Source: Nageia nagi (taxonomy: Eukaryota; Plantae; Pinophyta). From it: a stretch of 64,000 nucleotides of DNA. Position numbers and translations under genes: made by a program. The notes under the pieces are model-generated. The model was not told where the DNA came from. It searched no databases and saw only the letters and a list, made by a program, of their open reading frames with translations. Below, piece by piece: positions 1 through 12,878 of the stretch. Every line of letters begins with the position of its first letter. Position 1 is the first letter of the stretch. The stretch spans positions 164,982,001 to 165,046,000 of the forward strand of contig JBITNC010000001.1 in assembly GCA_050084985.1 (NCBI GenBank). The letters run 5' to 3'.

Positions 1-3000
1 ACAAGGTTTCATCCAAACTCGGGAGCAAATCCTCATCTTTCACGAGTTTGGGAATAAAAATAATATTAAAATGTCTAGCTGGAAATGCGAAAATAAACAA
101 ATTTAAAATAAAATGACAACTAAGCCAATGGTGGGCCCAAACCCACAACTTGATCCTCAAATCCTTCGGCCACGAATCTCACCATAAGCTCCACTCCACG
201 TAGCATCTCTGAGAGCTTTGGCTTGCTAGCAGCTACACTATCCTCGACTTTGTCTGCCAGCTTCTGCATCTTTGCCTTCCATGCATGAGCTCGCAGCATG
301 TGCCTCAGGTGACTCCTTGATTGGTAGGAGTTCACTGTCGTCGGTCATCATCAGGCTATGGAGATGTCCGACCTCTGTCACTACCTCCTCTTCCTCCTGG
401 ATGGTGGTGTTCGCTTTTTAGGAACCATACATGAAAGTCCATATGTTCAATGCATGAGTGAAACTTGTCATTGATCCCTATCACTCCCTTCCTCATCTCC
501 TGGAAATTGGTGATGATTTGGCTATTCATCTATCACCTCTTGTTTTACTGCCTTCATGCCTTCTTTAAGGGGTTTCACCTTCTTAATCTCTTTTGTGGGT
601 ACTTGGGCGGACTCAAGCTCACGAGTCAATTTCCTCTGGACAGCCAACTCCTTCAAGCTCTTTATTTCCTTTTCCTTCAATAGCTTGTTTTTGTTGATTG
701 CCTCCGTGTTTGAAATGATTGCATGTTTCTTGCCAGCCACACCAACGTGGCCTGTGTTGATGATTTGGTTTATTGTCTCAAGTCTCTGAGGCCTTGAGGG
801 TTATCCTTGTCAGCCACTATGGTCTTTATGCATACTGCGTTTTCCGTCATGTGTATATAGGCATGACTCTTCTCCAAATGAGTGGAGCTTTCCCTCATCT
901 GATCGTTTGCTCGTTTAGGTCTAAACTCTTCCCCCACGTCCATGTTGACGACATCGAGGCACTTGTCCATGTCTACACCCCACTCCGGGTTAGGCGAAGG
1001 CTGATCAGTCTCAACAACTCCTTCGATGATGGTGGTGGTGTTGCTCCGGATCTTCTTCAAAGGTCTTTCATTTTGCCCTGCAATCTCCCTAGGTGTTGTT
1101 GACAATTTGGACTGAGACCCTCTCTTCAGTTGGGCTCTTCTTGGTATTGATTTCAAAGTAGGGGCTTGGTCTTTCCTTTGAGATGTTGAAGAGTCTGAAG
1201 TGGTGCGGTTATGGACTTCCTTCAAGATCTCCAACGACGGCTCTTCCTTGCCCTGCGCATCCTGTATGTCTCTGTCAAGAATAGTATTGGCTGCATGCCC
1301 ATCTCTTCGCCCTTCATCTAACTCATCTTCTGGAATGCTCTCATACTCCCCCTCTTCAAGCATACTTTGCCGATCATCATTTCCTTGTCCATCTGCTTGT
1401 TCTTCATGAGGGGTGCTATGGTCTTCATATAAATGGCCCGAGGACTTTGACCCTAATTGTGGAATGGTCTGAGACGGACATGACACTACTGTCCTTGCTG
1501 GCCTTTGGGGTGGAGACGGATCCAGTCTCTGGTTTCTTGCACATCTCACTACCTTATTGGTGGCCACATGCTCCAATTCCCTCACATCATGTTCATCAAC
1601 TGTCTCCTTTACCTGTTGTGCTACGCGTTCAACGGGAACCTTCCCATGCATGGACACATATTGCCCAACGGGTTCCTCAATCGTTGATGGAAACTGGGTG
1701 ACCTTGGAGGTAGATTCTTGTGATCTTCTTCCCTGAGATTGGGACTTCTTATGAATGGATGCCTCTACTTCTCGTTGTTGTTTCTGAGCCTCCTCTTGCA
1801 TATTGGCACGAATCTTATTCACTTCCACTTCAATGTTGATGTTTCGAAACGGCTCCTCATCTCTAAGTGGCCTACACTCATAGGCCCTCTTCCTCTCCTT
1901 CATATAGAAGCCGTGGATTCGGTGCTCATGGTCATAGTGGTTGGCGGCCCACATCTTATCGAATTTGTACCTTTCCAACTCATCTATCATGGAGGTCACA
2001 TCGACCCAAGTTCTACATTGGTACTCTCCCACTATGACTAGCAGATTGGAAGTGGTTGATTTCTTCTGCCAAACGTGCTCATGCAGGTAGGTCAATTGCC
2101 TCTTCATCTCCATCAGGAGCATCCTATTGCTCACGTACCGAGGCAACTGATATGGCTCCACGGCTGATCTGTAGAGGCGAATGTTGGAGTAATGTTGGTG
2201 ATGGATGAAGAAGTCTCCATGTTTCCTCAACGCATCCTGGGCTGAGTTGGAGATTCTGGCAATAGTGATCTCTCCCTTAAGCTCCTTGTAGACTTCATAT
2301 TCCCATCCATCATTCTTCATTGCAAAATTTTCCCATCTTCTCTCGATCTTCCACTTTGGGTAGCACTTTCACACGACATATGTTCCCTTCTCAATCAAAT
2401 CAGCCTCCCCTAAGGCAGTAGGCCTTTGCTTGCCGTGGAGCAACAAGTATACCAAGTAATAATTGAGGTGAAATTTGTGTGTGGTTCTCCCACCGATGAT
2501 AGCTAGTCCATGATGCTATCGCTCAACACCTTACTCCATTTGATCTTCTTCCCCCTTTGGGTATCTCCACGATGAAGCCGAAGACCTCTATTCGAAACAA
2601 TGATGCATCCTCCTTCCCAAGAACTCATGACAACATGAGGATCATTAATTCGATGGAGGGATGGAAGTGGGAGCAAGGGGCATTGATGAACGCGTTAGCC
2701 TTCAGGCCATGGTGCTCATCGAACATCCAACTCTTGATTGCTACGGTTACTCTATTGGTGTCTTGATAGCATGTGAGCGACTGCTACTTCGTATACTCAA
2801 AATTGCCCTCCGAAGTCCACTGAAATGCAGCCTTGATATCTTCGGGGCTAAAGTCCATGATGACATTGCCCTTGATGTCGCAGAGCACCCTTTCACCTTT
2901 CTTCCAATTTTCGCCGACTTCCAAACACAGCTCTGGGAATGGGGCTGTGAATAGGACAAAGGCACAATTTGAGAGCCCAGAGAAGAAGATGATATCTTGT

Positions 3001-4795
3001 TTCAACTCACTAAATGGCTTGTTTCTGATCTTTTCTCTCATTTGCATCGGATCCACCTTCCAGCTCGTTCTTGGAGAACTTAGCCCCTTGGAATAGGGGG
3101 TCTCCTCGCTCGCATATAGTGATGATACACCCTTGCTTGATGTACTCCAGATCTCGCGCATAGTCCTAGGCCGTATTGCTATTGGGACTAGCCATGATGT
3201 TTTAGTGAGTGTCGAGGACCTTTTAAGGTGATGTGATGGCTTTCCTGCAAGCTTGTGACCTCCAAGTCTCCCTCCTTGCTTCCTTGTTCCCTTGCGCAAG
3301 CCTTCCCAAGCAAATAGGCAAATTTCAAACTCAAAATTCTGCAATTTTGGTGCAAATGTAGAAGAGGAGTGCGATTTGAATTTGGGAAAATGAGGTCCCC
3401 AAGTTGATATTTATAGCTGATGTTGGATTTCTTGAAACCCTAGTAGGCTAGGTTATGGAAAAAATCACATCCTAGCCCTCCAGGTGGTCGACCTTGAGAT
3501 GTGTGCCACCATTAAACTTTGCTCCTAGCCGATTGGGACCAAACGTGAGAGTTTCAAGATGTCTTTTGGCCTAGAAAAGACAAGATTTTGTCTTTTTGGG
3601 GCATGCGCCAGCCCTTGGGGTGAATGCTTTCCCCACGTTGGCCTTCTTCGTGCTCCTACTCATCCAACTTGACCCTTGAACTCCACCCTAAGGCATGATC
3701 TTGCTTCTCTAGGGCCCCAACTTGTTCATTTTTCCCAAATGTCTCAACCCAAGGACCCTTCCAAGCCTAGCGCATGGTTTCAAAAGACAGGATTGTGTGT
3801 TTTTGAAACAACCTCCAACTTCTCCGGCTCCTCTAGCCTGGGCGCATGATCTAGAAAGTCATGATCCTGTCTTCTTGAGGCATGCGTTGGGTTGCAGATG
3901 GCCAAATTTATCTTGCTTTGGTCTCCTGCTCTCGGGACTTAGTCAAATTTCAAGCTTGCTCTTTCCTGGTGCCTTCCCAGGCTTGGCACATGCTCCCAAA
4001 AGTCATGAATCTGTCTTTGTGAGGCATGCGCCAACCCCTTTGGTCATACTGGAGCAGAATTCGGGCTCCGAGGTTCCATGCCTTAGCTAGATTTTCACTT
4101 CATCTCATTTGGAAGCCTTCTTGGGCCTGGTGCATGCTTCCAAAACACAATGTCTTTTAAGACATGTGCCAACCCCCTGGGTGGGTGCACTCTCTCTTTC
4201 TGGGCTCCAAGTTCTTTCGGGCAGCCTCCTGACTTGGGTGCATGCTCCCTAAAGACAAAATTTTGTCTTTTTGAGGCATGCGCCAACCTTGGTGTACATT
4301 AACTTGTCTTTTTTGGGTCGAAACGGCCTTTGTTTCGTCCTAGGCATCTTCCTAAGCCTGGCGCATGCCCTAGAAAGATAAGATTTTGTCTTTTCTTGGC
4401 TTGCGCTGGGTCCAGGAGTGACCTAGTTTGAGTTTCCAAACTTAACTTCGAAACCAGATGTCCTCTTGGCTTGAGCACACTTTCCAGAAAGACAAGATTT
4501 TGTCTTTCTAGAGCATGCGCTAGGCCTGGGAATGGCTTGGATCCGACTTGCATGGTTTGTACATGACTTGGACTTCCCAGTTCCTCCTAGGTTTGACTTA
4601 AACTCTCTAGACTTAGCCATTTTTGAGGGTTTTGACTATACCATACGACATGATTGAGGTTGGATGGGTGATAGGCTTGATTTCGAATTTATTGGAGGTG
4701 AGGAGAGGTGGTTCTAGTTGTATACTTGACGACTCTAAGTTGCAGAGGGTCTCCAAAATTGCTACATTTTGGGGTGAGTTGTGTAGGGCACAATA
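1..4795 (-). mobile_element. Very long LTR (partial, >4.8 kb) of an Athila/Tat-type Ty3/gypsy element, carrying an internal ORF
   Basis: The minus-strand start TATTGTGCCCTACACAACTCACCCCAAAA matches the 5' terminus of the TSD-bounded solo LTR at 23266 (TGTTGTGGCTTCCACAACACACCCCAAA). Bases 1-60 match ~18465-18525 and ~8075-8125. It interrupts a copia gag at 4795. Confidence 0.8.
120..3344 (-). pseudogene. Disrupted ORF of about 1000 aa inside the LTR (retroelement extra-ORF type; fragments 2784-3344, 770-2320, 522-740, 120-335)
   Basis: Consecutive minus-strand fragments are bridged by stops and frameshifts (...DFSPEDIKAAFQW...MILMLS*VLGKEDA...KIKWSKVLSDSIMD*L...HKFHLNYYLVYLLLH...). The C-terminal coiled-coil-like part is clearly homologous to 19671-20111. 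A TATA-like CTATAAATATC lies upstream at ~3407-3417 (-). Confidence 0.75.
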
Positions 4796-4870
4796 GAGCT
4801 TATCTTCCATCGTCTCACCTAATGCTTGTAGGGAGGCACAAAGTTTCACAACACGATGAAGGATTCCAAC

Positions 4871-5657
4871 CACAATTACAAAAAATCGGAATCGGATCAG
4901 AATCGTTGGGTTGCAGGATTTAGATTTTTTAAAAATCGGCATAAAGAAAAAATAAAGGAATTTCTCATATTTGACATTAAAACAAATCAGTTTTAGCTAT
5001 AAAAATCGGAATCGGATCAGAATCGTTGGGTTGCAGGATTTAGATTTTTTAAAAATCGGCATAAAGAAAAAATAAAGGAATTTCTCATATTTGACATTAA
5101 AACAAATCAGTTTTAGCTATATCTCAACATTTTATATCAAATAGACAACATTACATATAGAATAACAAAGTATAACATCCAACATTGCATATCAAAGAAA
5201 TTGTAGAGTTTTGTATTACATATTGAATGTCCAAGTGTCAAGGACCAAAAAACAAGTTAGAATAGCATAATATGTTCAAGTGTCAAGAACCAAAAAACAT
5301 TAAAGGTCTCATAATCAGATGATCTGTCCAAGTGTCAAGGAACAAAAAACATTAAAGATTTCCAAAAATAAGATACACATTTTTTAAGATGTTACTAATT
5401 GGGCAATTCACTTTAAAAAAAAATGAAAATGTTTTTTGTTACCTTGTGCTAGAGATATCCTTGATTCAAATCCCAAAAAATCCTCAAAAAACCTCGACCG
5501 ATTTTATATTGATTTTATGCCAAAAAATTGTTATTTTTTGTAAAAAAATCGGAATCCAAATCATAAAAAATCCCTAAGAATTGTATCCGACCCGATTTGA
5601 ATCCTTTACCTTCCCGATTCCTATTTTTGGCAATTTTGATCCGATTTTTCTAACTTG
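4871..5657. mobile_element. Non-autonomous hAT-like DNA transposon (MITE) inserted in the copia gag
   Basis: Flanking direct repeat GATTCCAA(C) at 4862-4870 and 5658-5666. Imperfect TIRs (cacaattacaaaaaatcgg / ccgatttttctaacttg) and subterminal ATCGG/CCGAT repeats. Confidence 0.7.
4881..5120. repeat. Perfect 120-bp tandem duplication
   Basis: 4881-5000 and 5001-5120 read identically. Confidence 0.95.
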
Positions 5658-6586
5658 GATTCCAACTTCTCCCCACCTTTCTGTTTTGAACTATGTAATT
5701 GTCCTTGAAGGTGGAGAGTTTGATTTTGATTCTTTGATTCCAACATTTGTTGCAATTTCTTCAAGGATTCAACCACATCCTTGGAATCATGAACATGAGG
5801 TTGGACATCATCTGAGATTCCAAGAAGGAGGATCATATGCGGCTTTCGGTTGCATTGATCAAAGTTTTTTTGTGGATCTCCAACAGTCTTTGGCTGTTTC
5901 TTAGTCCCATCAACAATGTCCCACAAGCCTTCAAATTCAAGAATGGCTTGAATATTTGTTTTTTAGGCAACATTATGGTTTGCTTTCAAGACTTGAGAGT
6001 CGAGGAGTATTATTTTTGGAGCAATTTGTGCCATTTTTACTCAAAATCAAGAAATCATCCACTTTATGCAAATCTTGTATAGGATTCTCTAGGATCCAAG
6101 TCCAAAACTACAAAATGGTGTTTGATTTGAGACTAATGTGAGCAAATCAATGAACATTGGCAATAAACTTTACTCTTTGGCATGAAACCACTATATAGTT
6201 CCATTCTCAGAAGTCTTTAAACAACTTGAGCTTCCTTGAGCAATGTGTGCTCTCTTCTTTGGATCGATGGCATACTCCACAAGAACAGGTTTGTTGGCAG
6301 ACATAAGAACCATTGCTAACCTCCTTTAGATCTTATTTTCTAAATATCAGATCTTTGTAAGAGAGAAACCTTCACAAGCTATTGGCACAACAAGGAATGG
6401 ATTTCCTGTGAGATTGGCTTTGATACCATGAAAGATTAGACTAAGAGGCTTACTTTATTACATTCCTTAATCAAGTCTAAATACAAGAGAGAGAACCTAG
6501 AAACAGAAAAGGGTTCCTAAAAATAATATATAACTATAATTAACCACTATGTTATAATTAACTAGTAATGTATTATTATTCTAACA

Positions 6587-7100
6587 GTTGGAAGCTACAT
6601 CCCCAAAAGAAGCCCACATGGTTGGTGAAGGGCAAGGAGGTGACTAGAGTGAGTAAAATTGATGATGCTATGGATGGCATCATAGATGTTGATAACAATC
6701 TAACATGTATAGCTAATTAGTAGGCAATGAGACAAAATTGCAATACCGATGGAAATGATAAGGCTCAAACCCAATTGGAAGATGTATTTGAAGCAAGAAA
6801 AAAGGAGCTATTTTGGGTTTATATCCAAAATAATATGACAAAGGTAGTTGCATTGTATTACTTTGGATTAGAGAGGAATTTGATGTTGGAAAGTTTAGTG
6901 TAGTAACGAGGATTGGAAGTTGAACCTCATCCTCAAATCATAAAAATTGGCATGATTGCACAAAGATGTTGAGTCGCAAGCCATGAGGCAATAAAAGTTT
7001 AGATTTGCCATGAATGAAAAGTTCAAGGATGGAGTCATTTATGACATTGTACCTTTGGACATTAGTTAAGTAATATTTGGCAACCCATACCTATGGGAAT
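6587..7100 (+). mobile_element. Decayed Ty3/gypsy protease fragment
   Basis: About 7040-7100 translates YDIVPLDIS*VIFGNPYLW, resembling the CDVVPLD..+LLG.PYLW end of gypsy aspartic proteases. Confidence 0.5.
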
Positions 7101-10100
7101 TGTTGGTGTGTTTTTCTTTCCACTTACGAATTCCACCTAGGTGATAACTGGAAAGGACATCCAACATGTGAGTGAGGGTGCGTTACTAACCCCAGCTTGA
7201 AAGGACTGGTTACCCAAATGTTTCTGGTATCATGAGAAGTCTAAGGTGACTATGATGACACCTATACTTGGAATGACTCAATGGGAAGATAGAAATAGCA
7301 ATGGTTAACCACGTTTCTGAGGGCATTGGAGTTGTTCTACACCAATTGAAAGTATAAACTTTTGGTGATAACTAAAGTAAAATTAACAAAAGAAAAGCAA
7401 AGAAAAGTGTAAAATGGGGATGATGGCACACGAGGAGCTACATTTAATGACAAGCTCACCGATGAACTAGAGGTTGGATCACCTTTCTACTAGGTTTATT
7501 ATGAGGTGCGACACTCACTTATCTCACCTTGCTACAAATGACTAATTCCAAATTGTGAGCAAGTAGGAGCCTATAGTAGTGTTGCGAAAGGAATAATAAC
7601 GTGATTAGCACATCAAACCAAACGACATAGCAGATATTTCACCAACATTCATTCATCTTCATGCAAAAGAGTGAGTAATGTTCATCAGATAGCAATCACA
7701 CAACTTCATAAGATATTCAACCATCTTTCTAACAAGCCTATACTTGCAAGAAGTGTACCCAAGTCATGTAATAGCTACAAGTAAACACCAAGCACAAGTA
7801 CTCAAACTCACAATCCCATCGAGTGGAAACAAGTCTTGATTTGATTAATTGTGCATCACATTCACATACAAGATAGCGCAAAGATTTCAACAAATTCAAA
7901 ATAGCTCCTCTTGAGTAAAATGATCATCCTCCTACAAAATGAGCCCTCAAGCGCTATAAATAGTTTTTAATGGCAACCCTACGTGTTTCCCTAACCCTAA
8001 TGCAAATTCAAATGAAATTATTTGAAATAAAACCTAATTACTAGTGGTCCAATAAAAGCATGCCACATGGCACTACAAGATTAAATCCAACACTTGTGGG
8101 AGCAAATCCTCATCCATCACCAGGCTTAATCAAAATGAATAATATTTTAAAATCCAAATTGAAATAAAATCATGCGAAATAAGGTAAAATTAAAATTATT
8201 GCATCTCAAATGCAACATCCCCATCCAATTGGCATTCATGACTTCATCTGCTCCTTTCGCCTCTACATCCCATGACTCGAGACCCTCACCATCCCCATGT
8301 CAAGCACATCAAATATGTCCTTGTTGTGGCTGATCTACTTCGTGATTTTGGCTGAGATTGGTCTCATTTGATGCTTCTATATAGATGGCTTTTTCTTGTC
8401 CTTGAGTGGTCACCCTGTCTTGAGACTGGTATGGCTTTGGAAGCATGTTCTCTTCTTTAGGGCTCGACTTCCTGTGGCTCTCTTATAGCTCTTCTGCAAT
8501 TCATTTAACTCTTTGATCCGCTTTGATCTTGAGGCTTTTACTTCGCCAATCTCCATCATCTATGTATGAGCCTTCAAGTCTTAAGATGCTTTAGGGTCCC
8601 TGTTCAAGAGGACTTTGGTAACAGACAAAGTATTGTTGATGCTAAAGATGAACTTGCTTACATATTGAGTTTCAATGGACCCATCTTTCACCCTTTGGCT
8701 AGGGTCTTCATGTGATGCTCTAATCATAGCTACTAGGTCGATGTTGCTCTTCTTCTTTGATGAAGCACCATCGGTAGTCACCACCTCCTTTGGCTGAATT
8801 TTCTCCCTCTTCATCTCGGAGCTTGCCCTTGCCATTTTGACCTTTGATGCCTTAGCGAATTTGGAGATAGAAAGCAAATTTATGATGTGCAAATGAAGGT
8901 GGGTTTCTCTTTTTATAAGCAAAATTAGGGTTTTATTTTCTCTCGGTTGGCTAGGATTGGCCAAGAATGTGGCAAATTTAAATCTCTCCCTCAATTTGGT
9001 TGACCTAGGGATGTGTGTCCTTTTCAAAATTTTGCCTCCTTGTACCATATGTTGGAGTTAGGTGGGCTTCCAGGTTGAGCGCATGTCTTTAGGAGTCAAA
9101 TTTATGTTTTTTGAATCCATGCGCTGGAGGCTAGTGTGTCCTTGGGTTGGGTGCATGCTTTTAGGAGTCATGATTTTATCTTTTCAAACCATGCTTCTAA
9201 CTTGGATGCCTCTTAGAGCTAGGTGCATGCTTTCTGGAGTCACAACTTTGTGTTTCTCACCCATGCGCCTCTCTCTTGGCTTGATTTCATTATGATTTCA
9301 CTTTCCTTGGGCCTACACTTGGCCAAATTTGAGCATGAACACTCTTGGGGCCTCCCCAAGTCTAGTGCAAGCCTTCAAAGGTCACAAATGTGTCTTTACT
9401 TTCCATGCGTTTGCACTAGTTTGGCTTCCTCCTTCGGTGCATAATCATGACTTTTAAATCCATGCGTTTGGCCTTATCTGCATTCTTTGTCTTAGTTTCA
9501 TACCCCTCGGTCCTTGCCTTAATCAAATTTTTCTCTTTGAAGTGAACCGGGCCTCCATCTAAGCTTGAAACAGGGTTTTATAATTCATAATTTTGTCTAT
9601 TTTTCTCATGTGTTGGGCTCCCATCACTCCTTCCTTGGGTGCAAGGTTTAAAAAGTTGTATTTTTGTCTTTCAAAATCATGTGCCTGGCCTCCTTTGCCC
9701 TCTATCTTTGGCACTTCCAAAAGTCATAATCATGACTTTTGAAATCATGCGCTGGGCTCTTTACATGATCTTAGACTTGTTTTGATGCTCCTTAGTGTTT
9801 CCTTAGCTAGTTTTTTCCATCTCAAAATCATTTAGCACCTTGCTCATGATCCAGCGTAGACCTCCTGTGTGCTCCACCTTGCCCTCGTTTGTCTCACATA
9901 TGGTCTTCTAGCCTTTTGGAGCCAAGCGCAAGCTTTTAGAAGTCATAATTATGACTTTTATAGTCATGCGCTCAAGCCTTAAGCTCTTATTTTTGTTGTT
10001 TTGAGTTCCTTAAGCTGATCATTCGATTGGAGATCGCTTTCAGAGGTTAGGATTTTGCAATTTGAGTTCCTATACTTTCAATTGGTGTATAACAACTTCA

Positions 10101-10228
10101 TACCCATTGAGTCATTCCAAGTATAATTGTCGTCATAGTCGCCTTGAACTTCACATGATATACCAAAAACCTTGGGGTAACCAATCCTTTCAAGCAGGGA
10201 TTACTAATGCAACCTCACTCACATGTTG
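7101..10228 (-). mobile_element. Athila/Tat-type LTR with an ORF remnant (~8200-8830) and a long inverted copy of its U5 end
   Basis: Begins TGTTGGTGTGTTTTTCTTTCC like the LTR at 17480. Shares the tgagccct..gctataaatag and gggagcaaatcctcat blocks. 7162-7356 is repeated inverted at 10071-10228. Confidence 0.75.
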
Positions 10229-10399
10229 ATTATTAAGGTCAATATAAATGAATATAGATTTTTAACATATATAACAATACTATGTCTCTTAGAACATGTC
10301 AAATTTAATGTTAAAAATCAATTACCACATAACATGGCACTAGTGTAATAACATTAAATTACGTAAGTAGCAAATAAACTTTGATCCCTCATAAGTAAA

Positions 10400-11540
10400 T
10401 CAATCATAGTTGGAGAACCACTCACGAAAAAGACTTGATATAAAGCACTACGAATAGTTGACTTACACTTGAATCCAACTATTGGTTGCATTACATGGTC
10501 CTATCCTTGGAAAGCCTCCAAAAGCCCCTGAGAAATACAAAGAAGTTTTCCAAGGGCATGAACAATATTAATATTAATAGTAAAAAGGTTCCCTTGGGGT
10601 AATATTAATGGACATTTACATTTAAAATCTCCAAGGGCATGAACAATATTAATAGTAAAAAGGTTCCCTTGGGGTAAATCCCTCATGAAAAGACTAATGG
10701 TGATGTTTTTGCCTCCAACTAACCTTACTAACCTTCAAAAAACTAGAAAATGCTTCTAAAATATAGGAAATGGTTTAAAACTCAGAAAAAATGCCATGGA
10801 CAAATCAACAAAATCAATCCTCACCAGTATATCCTTCTCTAGCAATCACCCCTTACCCATCGAGAAGTGTAGAAATGGGTTCATGGGTCCCATAAGTCCT
10901 GATTCAGAGAAAAGGGGACATTACAAAGAAAGAGATGAGTATAAATATAGCTCATCACTATTGTCGCCCTTTACAGGATAGGATTGAAAGAAATCACAAC
11001 ACTTGATAGAAGAGATTTTCAAAGCATTAAATTGTTGATGGACTGCCTCACAATAGATTTCTTGATATACCATCTTATTCTAATTCTGTTTCATGATACC
11101 GATGCATGGAACTAAATAACATCAAAGATGGAGTTAGAGGCTACATCTTTGATAGTATAAAGTGTTTTATGCTTGTTGGAATCATTGGGAATAGAGAAAA
11201 CAAGCTCATGGAAGATGAGGAGTGATAAAATTGGGTATCACTTTTCCAGAGCTTATAACATCATGACATGTGACCCATTCTAAAACTCAACAGGTATGTG
11301 ACTTCAACATGGGAAAGTGGCTCTGTCTTGATTCATCAACTCTGTCCACTTTACCAAAATAAGTTTGGATTTAGAGTGAAGTGATTGATGATGGATTGGT
11401 GGGTGCAGTTGCATCATTGAAGAACATGGATTCTGCATTATAAATTCTTGACACTTAGTAAAAAGTTGCTTATTGTTTCTAAGTTATTAAGGGTTCAGAG
11501 ATATGGAATGTTTGAGCCCATGCTGAAAGTATCCAAGTGT
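10400..11540 (-). mobile_element. Highly decayed L1-like LINE fragment with a small internal duplication (10550-10602 / 10631-10677)
   Basis: Only weak motif remnants (PGEDGF..EF-like at ~10780-10840, TLIPK-like at ~10590); the duplication is seen directly. Confidence 0.3.
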
Positions 11541-12878
11541 TGAGTCTAGAGCCTCTTTAATTTCTGTCATTTCTCCAAACATTTCTTCCATACATTAAAG
11601 GAATTACTTCTTTATTATCCTTAAGAAGGGCCAAGAAGACATGTAAGTCATTGTTGTATTCAAAATGGATGCATTTAATTGAAAAAATATGCTACAGAGC
11701 AACACATTTTCGGTTTTCCCAATTCAGTGAACTTTATTTAACATGGCGATTATGTGCTCAAGAGTCAAAAGTTAGAACTGATGGACATTTAGTCTATGAC
11801 TATGAAGATACATAATTATTATTTATGACAACAAATATCTTTTGGAATATGGTACAGCATTCATTTGAATACTTAAATCACAGTAATTGTTGTCAAACAT
11901 AGCGTTGAGAAATGTTTTGGTTTCAAAATGTTTCTCAAATCTTGTTGAACTTTAAAGATATTATTCATGATTTTTGAACCTATATATTGTTGAGAAAATC
12001 TGACATTGGTCTATGAAACTTCACATATTCTTGGTGATAACAAACACAATTTTGAACAGTCAGCAATCGGTTGAAGACCCTAGTCACAGTAAATGTTTTC
12101 TTGTAAATCAAAAAGTAACCTTGGCAATAATTATGGCGCCAAAGTGTTTCCCAAATCTTGTTCAGCTTCATTTACTGTTGAGAAAATCTGACATATTGTT
12201 CAAATTTAATTCTTTTTTGAAGTGTGCCACATGTAAACATGTTGGTGTCTTCTAGAATTAGATTTGGCATATGTTAAAATCATGTCTGTATTCTACACTC
12301 GGAACATTTTAGACATTGGTAATTGTTCATCATTCTTTTTTACATGCTGAATGTAAATTCAATTTGAACCTGGTAATACAAGTGAAGATCAACTGAAAGG
12401 AATCATTATTCTGTACTGGTAGCATTAAGTATTTACAAAAGGGAAATGTGAGTTCTTTTCAGAAATTACATCCATTCAGATTATATAGGAAGCATAATTA
12501 TACAATTTAATGGTGGTTAGAAGAAAAAGAACTCTCCTACCGTGGTTATGAAAGAAGATCTTGGTTCAATCAAATGGATTGCCTTGATTTGCTATAGGTC
12601 TCTGCTCTTCTTAAATTTCTGGGTCCTCACTATTTGTAACTCATAGAATATGATACTTTGCCTTCTTGTCTTTTAGAGTGTTACACCTTACACACTCTTT
12701 GCTTTGCTGCTTTCGTATGCAATGCAATGTAAATTTGCAGGGGAAACGTTGCAAACAAGTTATGCCTTCTAAACATGTTATAGTTGGTTAGTTTTTCCTC
12801 ATAGTTAGTTCTCGTAATTTATTTTTCCTCATATGCATTTGATTCATTTTGAATTATTTTTAACTTTCTTTTTTGCAG

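Larger units (their letters stand above)
4796..6586 (-). mobile_element. Ty1/copia 5' remnant: short LTR 6429-6586, PBS(Met) 6416-6428, decayed gag
   Basis: ggctttgatacca is the reverse complement of the PBS TGGTATCAAAGCC, next to a TG...CA segment of ~158 bp. ORF 5621-5926 (LWDIVDG...ISDDVQPHV...) is copia gag (UBN2-like) and resumes at 4800-4869 after a hAT insertion. Confidence 0.75.

Noticed and set aside
770-2320. 516-aa ORF as a host gene nested in the intron
   Set aside because: It is one fragment of a stop- and frameshift-disrupted ORF within LTR termini, with a homologue in another LTR copy.
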